Positions 51,301 through 64,000 of a stretch of 64,000 bases of DNA are shown one piece after another. Numbering within the stretch: the first letter of the stretch is position 1; each line of letters opens with the position of its first letter. The DNA is taken from the NCBI GenBank assembly GCA_002269645.1, contig NIVC01001145.1, positions 124,001 to 188,000 of the forward strand, in the 5' to 3' direction. This stretch comes from Macrostomum lignano. Its lineage: Eukaryota. The notes below the pieces were generated by a model. That model did not search any database. It was not told where the DNA came from and saw nothing but the letters and a program-made list of their open reading frames with translations. A program made the position numbers and the translations under genes.

Positions 51301-54300
51301 CCATCCATTCATTCATCTATCCACCCATCCACCCATCCATCCATCCATCCATCCATCCATCCATCCATTCATCCATTCATCCATCCACCCATCCATTCAT
51401 CTATCCACCCATCCACCCATCCATCCATCCATCCATCCATCCATCCATCCATCCATCCATCCATTCATTCATCTATCCACCCATCCACCCATCCATCCAT
51501 CCATCCATCCATCCATCCATCCATCCATCCATCCATCCATCCAACCATCCATCCATCCATCCATCCATCCATCCATCCATCCATCCATTCATTCATCTAT
51601 CCACCCATCCACCCATCCATCCATCCATCCATCCATCCATCCATCCATCCATCCATCCATCCATCCATTCATTCATCTATCCACCCATCCATCCATCCAT
51701 CCATCCATCCATCCATCCATCCATCCATCCATCCATTCATTCATCTATCCACCCATCCACCCATCCATCCATCCATCCATCCATCCATCCATCCATCCAT
51801 CCATCCATCCATCCATCCATCCATCCATCCATCCATCCATCCATCCATCCATCCATCCATCCATCCATCCATCCATCCATTCATTCATCTATCCACCCAT
51901 CCACCCATCCATCCATCCATCCATCCATCCATCCATCCATCCATTCATTCATCTATCCACCCATCCACCCATCCATCCATCCATCCATCCATCCATCCAT
52001 CCATTCATCCATTCATCCATCCACCCATCCATCCACCCATCCATCCATTCATTCATATATCCACCCATCCACCCATCCATCCATCCATCCATCCATCCAT
52101 CCATCCATCCATCCATCCATCCATCCATCCATCCATCCATCCATCCATCCATCCATCCATCCATCCATCCATCCATCCATCCATCCATCCATCCATCCAT
52201 CCATCCATCCATCCATCCATCCATCCATCCATCCATCCATTCATTCATCTATCCACCCATCCACCCATCCATCCATCCATCCATCCATCCATCCATCCAT
52301 TCATTCATCTATCCACCCATCCACCCATCCATCCATCCATCCATTCATCCATTCATCCATCCACCCATCCATCCACCCATCCATCCATTCATTCATCTAT
52401 CCACCCATCCACCCATCCATCCATCCATCCATCCATCCATCCATCCATCCATCCATCCATCCATCCATCCATCCATCCATCCATCCATCCATCCATCCAT
52501 CCATCCATCCATCCATCCATCCATCCATCCATCCATCCATCCATCCATCCATCCATCCATCCATCCATCCATCCATCCATCCATCCATCCATCCATCCAT
52601 CCATCCATCCATCCATCCATCCATCCATCCATTCATTCATCTATCCACCCATCCACCCATCCATCCATCCATCCATCCATCCATCCATCCATCCATCCAT
52701 TCATTCATCTATCCACCCATCCACCCATCCATCCATCCATCCATCTATTCATTCATCTATCCACCCATCCACCCATCCATCCATCCATCCATCCATCCAT
52801 CCATCCATCCATCCATCCATCCATTCATTCATCTATCCACCCATCCACCCATCCATCCATCCATCCATCCATCCATCCATCCATCCATCCATCCATCCAT
52901 CCATTCATTCATCTATCCACCCATCCACCCATCCATCCATCCATCCATCCATCCATCCATCCATTCATTCATCTATCCACCCATCCACCCATCCATCCAT
53001 CCATCCATCCACCCATCCACCCATCCATCCATCCATCCATCTATCCACCTATCCACCCACCCATCCACCCATCCATCCATCCATCCATCCATTCATCCAT
53101 CCATCCATCCATCCATCCATCCATCCATCCATCCATCCATCCATCCATTCATTCATCTATCCACCCATCCACCCATCCATCCATCCATCCATCCATCCAT
53201 CCATCCATCCATCCATCCATCCATCCATCCATCCATCCATCCATCCATCCATCCATCCATCCATCCATCCATTCATTCATCTATCCACCCATCCACCCAT
53301 CCATCCATCCATCCATCCATCCATCCATCCATCCATTCATTCATCTATCCACCCATCCACCCATCCATCCATCCATCCATCCATCCATCCATCCATTCAT
53401 CCATTCATCCATCCACCCATCCATTCATCTATCCACCCATCCACCCATCCATCCATCCATCCATCCATCCATCCATCCATCCATCCATCCATTCATTCAT
53501 CTATCCACCCATCCACCCATCCATCCATCCATCCATCTATTCATTCATCTATCCACCCATCCACCCATCCATCCATCCATCCATTTATCCATCCATCCAT
53601 CCATCCATCCATCCATTCATTCATCTATCCACCCATCCACCCATCCATCCATCCATCCATCCATCCATCCATCCATCCATCCATCCATCCATCCATCCAT
53701 CCATCCATCCATCCATCCATCCATCCATCCATCCATCCATCCATCCATCCATCCATCCATCCATCCATCCATCCATCCATCCATCCATTCATTCATCTAT
53801 CCACCCATCCACCCATCCATCCATCCATCCATCCATCCATCCATCCATCCATCCATCCATTCATTCATCTATCCACCCATCCACCCATCCATCCATCCAT
53901 CCATCTATTCATTCATCTATCCACCCATCCACCCATCCATCCATCCATCCATCCATCCATCCATCCATCCATCCATCCATCCATCCATCCATCCATCCAT
54001 CCATCCATCCATCCATCCATCCATTCATTCATCTATCCACCCATTCACCCATCCATCCATCCATCCATCCATCCATCCATCCATTCATTCATCTATCCAC
54101 CCATCCACCCATCCATCCATCCATCCATCCACCCATCCACCCATCCATCCATCCATCCATCCATCCATTCATTCATCTATCCACCCATCCACTCATCCAT
54201 CCATCCATCCATCCATCCATCCATCCACCCACCCATCCACCCATCCATCCATCCATCCATCCATCCATCCATCCATCCATCCATCCATCCATCCATCCAT

Positions 54301-54933
54301 CCATCCATCCATCCATCCATCCATCCATCCATCCATCCATCCATCCATCCATCCATCCATCCATCCATCCATCCATCCATCCATCCATCCATCCATCCAT
54401 CCATCCATCCATCCATCCATCCATCCATCCATCCATCCATCCATCCATCCATCCATCCATCCATCCATCCATCCATCCATCCATCCATCCATCCATCCAT
54501 CCATCCATCCATCCATCCATCCATCCATCCATCCATCCATCCATCCATCCATCCATCCATCCATCCATCCATCCATCCATCGGCTAAGACTCACCGATTT
54601 AAAGTACATCGCCAACCCGAGAGTGCTGAGGTACAGGACGCACTTCCTGTGAAACATGGGCTCGCTGTCGCTGCAGTCAGTGTACACCGTGGGGTCATCG
54701 AGCAGCTGAAAGTAGCCGCTCTGCAGGGTCGCCGGGTTCAGCTCGAGCTTCCGGCGAATCGCCTCAGAGTCTCTGCAGAGGATTCGCTTCAACAGCCAGC
54801 AGGTGATGGGGTGCCCGGTGGAGTGGAATGTCGGCACGCAGTAATAATAGCAGGTCTCCAAAGTGTACAGCGGGTCGAGAAATGCTGGCGGCTTGGGTAC
54901 ATCTTGTAGCCTGTCTGCTTTTGAGCCAGTCAT
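45341..54933 (-). CDS. Uncharacterised ~615-aa protein. Exons 54933-54595, 49417-48640, 48390-48004, 45684-45341
   Basis: Four GC-rich open exons joined by GTGAGT donors and phase-compatible acceptors (phases 0, 1, 1). [20 protein letters not shown] is ankyrin-like; there is a Lys/Ser-rich linker. The start could lie further upstream because an in-frame acceptor sits at 54974-54973. Confidence 0.72.
45770..46195. repeat. 22-bp minisatellite ACTGAACTGTCATTAGGCATCA
   Basis: Read directly. Confidence 0.93.
46770..47950. repeat. 21-bp purine-rich satellite GAGACAGACAGGGAGAGGGGT and variants
   Basis: Read directly. Confidence 0.92.
49460..54580. repeat. ~5.1-kb (CCAT)n microsatellite filling intron 1 of the 615-aa gene
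   Basis: Read directly; source of the 1783-1823 aa artefact ORFs. Confidence 0.98.
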
Positions 54934-55929
54934 TGCTAGCGGGGTTCGCGAGCGGGTAATGAAGATGAAGCACTGTGTGAGATCGATTTCTTGCTAATAT
55001 GTCTGACATGTAATTTAATAAGCCAATTTAGATACCTTGCATTTTACCATAGACATTTGGATTCAACTAGCAATCAGCGCCCCCCGTTGGGGAGCCAAAA
55101 AATGCAGTACAAGTTTTTTTAATAAACTATATGTAGCGTCTCTTTGCAATATACCTCAGCAGTCCCTTGTAAGCCTTGACATATCAGCAATTCTGTCCAC
55201 AAGACTTAACATATCAACTTCCCCCTTGACATCTCAGCAGTGCCCCCCATAAGCCTTGAAATCTTGAAAAGTATTTCAACCTTCTAACCCTAACCCTAAC
55301 CCTAACCCTAACCCGAAAGCATTGACATTTCAGTAATTCTCCTCAAGAGTCATTATAGCACTGCAGCATTATAGCGATTCCCTGCAAGCCTCGACATTGT
55401 AGCGATTCCCAAATGAATCTCTTAAATTCAACATGAAGCTTCTTTTATTTTTACATGACGCTTTTTCTATTAGCAACCCTCCGTGAGGAGCCAACAAATA
55501 ATGTAATAAAAAGTTTTGAAAAAACAACTATATGTAGCTTCTGACTTTAGCCTTGACATCTCAGTTATTCCCCCCGTAAGCTTTGAAATCTCAGCAATGC
55601 TCCCCATAAACCTTGAAATCTGAAAAATCCCTTGTCAACCTTGAAACCACCTAACCCTAACCCTAAACCCAAACCTGACCTAAACCTAACCCTAACCCTA
55701 AAGCCTTGACATTTCAGCAATTCTTCCCAAGGCTTATCTCTATGAGCCTTGACAGCAAAGCATTTTTAATGAGCCTTGATACCTCAGCAATTTCCCAAAT
55801 GAACCTTGAAATCAGAGCAATTCTCCTCAGAATGACATAATTACAGCAATTCCCCCTGAGCCTTGAGATCTTAGAAATTCTCCCATGAGTCTTGACCTCA
55901 CTGCAATTTCCCATACCAGCCTTAGTGAA

Positions 55930-56040
55930 TTTAGCAATGGTTCACCAGCAGTTTAGCAATGGTTCACCAGGAGTTTAGCAATGGTTCACCAGCAGTTTAG
56001 CATTGGTTCACCAGGAGTTTAGCAATGGTTCACCAGGAGT
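55930..56040. repeat. 22-bp repeat TTTAGCAATGGTTCACCAGSAG
   Basis: About five copies read directly. Confidence 0.88.
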
Positions 56041-56319
56041 TTCGCACAATCAGTGAGCAGATGGCCACTACTCTCCATTTTTCTCAATAATCGAAACCAT
56101 TTGAAATGTTTGTAACTTGCAATTTAAATTTGATTTGCAAACAATCCTCCGCTGCTTCCCGGATTTAGTAATAACTTCTGCAAATTAGCACTTGCATCAG
56201 AGTAGCACTGCTCTAGAAGATTAACGCAGCCCCAGCAAAAGTATCTTTAAACTTAAATGTTGAAAATCTGCATGAATCTGCAAAGGAGACAATCAGTATT
56301 GTCACAGGTCACAGAAAAA

Positions 56320-56400
56320 AACTCGCTGCTTCAATGCAGGCTCGAACTTCCGACCTACAATCTATGTCTGTTACTCCCGCCTACTGTGGCTATTGTACCT
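56320..56400 (-). pseudogene. Possible tRNA-derived SINE head or tRNA pseudogene
   Basis: The minus strand shows an A-box-like TAGCCACAGTAGG and a B-box-like GTTCGAGCC at tRNA-like spacing. No intact cloverleaf could be folded by eye. Confidence 0.3.
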
Positions 56401-56954
56401 ATTGACAAATGGTCGAAATAAGCCTTATATTATTCAAGAAGTTTAGTAACTTCAGCAGTTACCCACACAAGCTGAAATTATCTAATTTCTGAAATTCCTG
56501 AAATCATCTGATCCCGCAAAACAGACTGCAGTCATCTCTTAGCAGTCTGTATTTATCCACTTTGCAGCCCATAACTTTCATTAACATAAAGCATCTATAC
56601 CCTCAGTGGCCTAGAATTGTCCTCTCAGCAAACTGCGATTATTCACTTAGCAGTCCATAGTAATCCCCTCAACAACTTGCACTTAATCCTTTACAGTTAT
56701 TATCCACTTCAAAATTTTAGATATTTATCCCTTCGACAATCTGCAGTTCCCCCAGCAGTCTGCAGTCAATCCATTTGCAGTCTACAACTGTTCCCTTTAC
56801 AATTCTCTTTCATCCTCTCAGCAGTCTGCAGTTCTCCTCTCGGCAAGCTCCTAACAAACAGATCTTAGGTAGATGGATGAGTACAATTTGTCTCTGAATA
56901 GCTCATTTTTCCGCAAACTATTGCAATCAATTGGTTCTGTATAATAGGATCTGT

Positions 56955-58109
<1,155 letters not shown>

Positions 58110-58399
58110 CATCCATCCAAGACCCAATTACTAAGCGTATGTGGTTGGCGTCACAGCCTCGGAGTGTCTGACAGTTTGTATCCGCTGTTGACAACGAATT
58201 GCTATGACAAACGAGCGCGACACACAACTGCGAAATTTCCTTCTTTTTGCTAATTTCGCAACAGAAGTGCACAATGTACATAAATATTAGTGCGTCACTG
58301 TCTGGAAGAGTAGCATTATTGGAAAAACTGTATTTTTTCTGCAGTAGCAGATTCTTTCACGTGCAAAGAATTTTGAGCCTATGTCCCTATGCATTATTT

Positions 58400-59420
58400 G
58401 GCGCGATTGAGTAGCCAAGAGGATTAGTGAGGATGTTTGAGTAGACACTAGGGTTAGTGAAGATGTTTGAGTAGACAAGAGGATTAGTGAAGATGATTGA
58501 GTAGACACTAGGATTAGTGAGGATGTTTGAGTAGTCAAGAGGATTAGTGAGGATGTTTGAGTAGACACTAGGATTAGTGAGGATGTTTGAGTAGACACTA
58601 GGATTAGTGAAGATGATTGAGTATTCATGAGGATTAGTGAAACTGTTTGAGTAGACAAGAGGATTAGTGAAGATGTTTGAGTAGCCATGCGGATTAGTGA
58701 AGATTTTTGAGTATTTAAGAGGATTAGTGAAACTGTTTGAGTAGACAAGAGGATTAGTGAAGATGTTTGAGTAGCCGAGAGGATTAGTGAAGATGATTGA
58801 GTAGCCATGCGGATTAGTGAAGATGTTTGAGTAGCCGAGAGGATTAGTGAAGATGTTTGAGTACTCAAGAGGATTAGTGAAGATGTTTGAGTAGTCAAGT
58901 CAAGAGGATTAGTGAAGATTTTTGAGTAGTCAAGAGGATTAGTGAAGATGTTTGAGTAGTCAAGAGGATTAGTGAAGATGATTGATTAGCCATGAGGATT
59001 AGTGAAGATGTTTGAGTAGTCATGAGGATTAGTGAAGATTTTTTAGTATTTATGAGGATTAGTGAAAATGTTTGAGTAGCCATGGGGATTAGTGCAGATG
59101 TTTGACTAGTCAAGAGGATTAGTGAAGATGTTTGAGTAGTCAAGAGGATTAGTGAAGATGTTTGAGTAGTCAAGTCAAGAGGATTAGTGAAGATGTTTGA
59201 GTAGTCAAGAGGATTAGTGAAGATGTTTGAGTAGTCAAGAGGATTAGTGAAGATGTTTGAGTAGTCAAGAGGATTAGTGAAGATGTTTGAGTAGTCAAGA
59301 GGATTAGTGAAGATGTTTGAGTAGTCAAGAGGATTAGTGAAGATGTTTGAGTAGTCAAGAGGATTAGTGAAGATGTTTGAGTAGCCATGAGGATTAGTGA
59401 AGATGTTTGAGTAGCCATGA
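58400..59420. repeat. 30-bp minisatellite GAGGATTAGTGAAGATGTTTGAGTAGTCAA
   Basis: Read directly. Confidence 0.95.
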
Positions 59421-59849
59421 GGATTAATCAGGTAAAAACGATGCTTTTCATAATAATGATGCATGATAATATATGCCTTTTCCTTTTAATGATTGTTATT
59501 CAACGACTCGTGCATTGTCTTGAGCTTTGAGAGCATAATTGCGGCCTGTCTCGCTTGTCTATGAGGGCATTAATTACCTAGATAGAGAGGATATGGAAGA
59601 CTCGTTATGTATTTGACAAAGAAGAAGCAACAAAACTTTCCTTGAAGTCAAAGCAGTCAGTCGAACAAATCAACGGAGAGCCCATATTGAGCTTAGTTAT
59701 TCGCTCCGATGTTCTTGCTCTGTTGCAGAAGGAAACTGCAATCAAAGGTAAGTAATCATTGCCCAGTGCAGGTTGCGTTCTGATCTACTCGTAGATTACT
59801 TTTGTCAGGTGCTTACGTTGCTGAGTGTTGCAGAAGTAAGATGTACGGA

Positions 59850-60550
59850 GAGATTAGCAAGTGAGATTAGCAAGTGAGATGTAGGGAGAGATTAGCAAGT
59901 GAGATTAGTAAGTGAGATTAGCAAGTGAGATTAGCAAGTGAGATGTAGGGAGAGATTAGCAAGTGAGATTAGTAAGTGAGATTAGCAAGTGAGATTAGCA
60001 AGTGAGATGTAGGGAGAGATTAGCAAGTGAGATTAGTAAGTGAGATTAGCAAGTGAGATTAGCAAGTGAGATTAGCAAGTGAGATTAGCAAGAGAGATGC
60101 AAGAGAGATTAGCAAGTGAGATGCAGGGAGAGATTAGCAAGTGAGATGCAGAGAGAGAATAGCAAGAGAGATGCAGAGAGAGATTAGCAAGAGAGAATAG
60201 CAAGAGAGATGCAGAGAGAGATTAGCAAGAGAGATGCAGAGAGAGATTAGCAAGTGAGATGCAGAGAGAGATTAGCAAGAGAGATTAGCAAGAGAGATGC
60301 AGAGAGAGATTAGCAAGAGAGATGCAGAGAGAGATTAGCAAGAGAGATGCAGAGAGAGATTAGCAAGAGAGATGCAGAGAGAGAATAGCAAGAGAGATGC
60401 AGAGAGAGATTAGCAAGTGAGATGCAGAGAGAGAATAGCAAGAGAGATGCAGAGAGAGATTAGCAAGAGAGATGCAGAGAGAGAATAGCAAGAGAGATGC
60501 AGAGAGAGATTAGCAAGAGAGATGCAGAGAGAGATTAGCAAGTGAGATGC
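59850..60550. repeat. 13/25-bp GAGATTAGCAAG-based satellite
   Basis: Read directly. Confidence 0.92.
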
Positions 60551-61519
60551 AGTGAGGGCTGAACTGGGTGCAGGGACTGCTAGACAACAGAGATGTGCCA
60601 CAATCCATATGCAGAGCAGAGTCCCCTGGTTAACAATGCAGTTAACAATGCAGTTAACAATGCCTGGTTACTGCAGTAGCAGAGAGCATGAGTTGGGCCT
60701 GTCAGACTGCCTTAGCTTTGATTGGCTGCCCAAGTCTCTGCCATCCTCCCTCTCTCTCTCTCTCTCTCTCGCTCCCAGACACATTAAAAGCACTCAGCAA
60801 CTTCAAACGCAGACTCTGCTTTTTGACACCCTGTTTTGTCGACTCCAAAATTGCATATTTTTTGCTTAATCTGCTTCCACGTCAGCTACATTGGTAAGTT
60901 CATCTGAGCCCACATTGCTATGTTTGACGCAAATGAAAAATTCTAAACAGAAAAGTTTTCCATTAGCAAAAAAATTGAAAAAACACCACACAGTATTCGT
61001 CTGTTGTCAAACTTGCTTTTTTTCTGCTTCTGCAGAAGAAGACAATAAAAATCAGTTTTTTTTTCACACAACTACTGAGCAGACCGCTAGTAAAAACAAT
61101 GTTTTTCGCTATTTATAGTCACACTTTATTTCTGTCTGCAGTCCATTGTTCTACTGGATTGGGCATCCTTTCAATTTTTCATGCTCCGAGTAAACATGAC
61201 CGCTGGGCTGGGCGGCTCCCGGGGGGGAGGGTTTATGACCGCCAGCGAGATCAAAATTAGCGCGGCTACTAAATCTTTATTCATTGTCGGCCCTGTCTGA
61301 ATCAATATTGATCAGCCGATGTGGTCCGCTAAAACCCTAGCTGATGATTGAAAATGAAGCTCATGGTCTCAGAGGGGTTTGGTTCGTAATCAATTATTTA
61401 GTTATGACTAAACTGAACTGCTTCCATTATTGTCTAAAAAGATTTGCGACCTGCCTGCTTTATATTTGGGATTTTAACCGACAACTGGACGTTGCAGAGA
61501 AATTGCCAATCGGACAAAA

Positions 61520-62768
<1,249 letters not shown>

Positions 62769-63389
62769 TGACGAGGCGTCAAGACAGCTGAGGTCGATGG
62801 AAACTTAACCGAAAAAAATTTTAAGCAGCGAAAAGATTGTCTTTAAAAACATTCTACTCGTTTTCTTTTCTCGGACAGAAACCGCTGAGAAGTGTCTGCA
62901 GTTCGATAGAATTAATAATACAATGTGAATTGTTCTAAGCAAACATTGCTCTCTGAGCACATCGCTTCAACTTCGAATTTGCGATTCCCAACTTATTGTT
63001 GATAAAATGGGGTCAGATTTTGTTTTATCGTTAAAATATTAGCTGAAGATCATGGTAATAGAAATAAATTTCTTGAAATCTGACTTCAGGAGCATCGCAG
63101 CAATATTTAGTCCCAATTGCGTTGGTGAATTACCTCATTTGTCCGTGTCCAATTTCTTTAAGTATAAAGACTGAGATAAGCCTTTTTAATATTGAATGAA
63201 CGAGTTACCAGTTAGTTTTGCTTTAAATAACAAATTGCAGTTGAGTCCTGTACGCGGTCGCCATGTTGCTCCCAGTAATTTTGAGTTCACATCGCTCACA
63301 TGTCACAAGACTGAAATGTCGAAGGTTGATAGGTTGAAATATCAGATTTGTGACAACATTTGAACTCACAAGGTTGACTCACTGGGTGT

Positions 63390-63845
63390 TCCAATGACTG
63401 GGTTCCAGTGACTTTGTTCCAATGACTGGTTTCCAGTGACTTTGTTCCAATGACTGGTTTCCAGTGACTGGGTTCTGATTACTGGGTTCCAGTGACTAGG
63501 TTCCAATGACTGGGTGTTCAATGACTGGGTTCCAGTGACTGGATTTCAGCGACTGGGTTCCAATGTTCCAGTGACTGGGTTCCAATGACTAGGTTCCAGT
63601 GACTGAGTTCCAGTGACTGGGTTCCAGTGACTCGGTTCCAGTGACTGGGTTCCAATGACTAGGTTCCAGTGACTGAGTTCCAGTGACTGGGTTCCAGTGA
63701 CTCGGTTCCAATGACTGGGTTCCAATAACTGGGTTCCAGTGACTGAGTTCCAATGACTGGGTTCCAGTGACTGAGTTCCAGTGACTCGGTTCCAGTGACT
63801 GGGTGTCAATGACTGGGTTCCAGTGACTGGGTTCCAATGACTCTG
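63390..63845. repeat. 14-bp minisatellite GACTGGGTTCCAGT
   Basis: Read directly. Confidence 0.92.
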
Positions 63846-64000
63846 CGTTGTCTCAAAATTGAGCCTTGAGCCAATGCCATCGGCATCCAAAAGTTTGACT
63901 CCATGCAGCATCCCGAAAGGTGCATATTTGATGAAGAACTGATAAACCCGTGTGCTTGCCGAGATAGAGCGGGTTGGGGAGGGTGTTTCACTTCAACCGC

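Noticed and set aside
49215-54909. 1783-1823 aa ORFs on + and many MDGW ORFs on -
   Set aside because: Pure translation of (CCAT)n, which has no stops in any + frame. It lies in an intron of a minus-strand gene.
63841-63940. Possible minus-strand exon (FFIKYAPFGMLHGVKLLDADGIGSRLNFETTQ) at the window edge
   Set aside because: Could belong to a gene extending beyond the window, but the frame and donor are unresolved and no family was recognised.

Overview
Eukaryotic, intron-containing, repeat-laden animal DNA. GC-rich exons with poly-Q/S tracts, introns filled with micro- and minisatellites, and TTAGGG repeats suggest a flatworm such as Macrostomum (inference only). Spliced models built by hand from GT-AG sites with codon phases checked: UBE2U-like E2 (+, <1-3640), GST (+, 4272-5600), WIF-domain protein (-, 8942 to ~5900/6074), GT31 beta-1,3-glycosyltransferase (-, 18641-15649), intronless OCIAD1/asrij (-, 21190-20531), candidate 70-aa small gene (-, 31439-31227), NCKX/SLC24 exchanger (+, 31965-40323), uncharacterised ~615-aa protein (-, 54933-45341), and a secreted Cys-containing prohormone-like precursor (+, 61520-62768). 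Mobile DNA includes two MITEs with TIRs and 8-bp TSDs, a 1.3-kb non-autonomous LTR element with identical LTRs, a TIR element carrying telomeric repeats, and a Merlin transposase fragment. Nearly all very long ORFs in the track are tandem-repeat artefacts. No CRISPR array, rRNA or intact tRNA was seen. Family assignments come from remembered motifs, not database searches.
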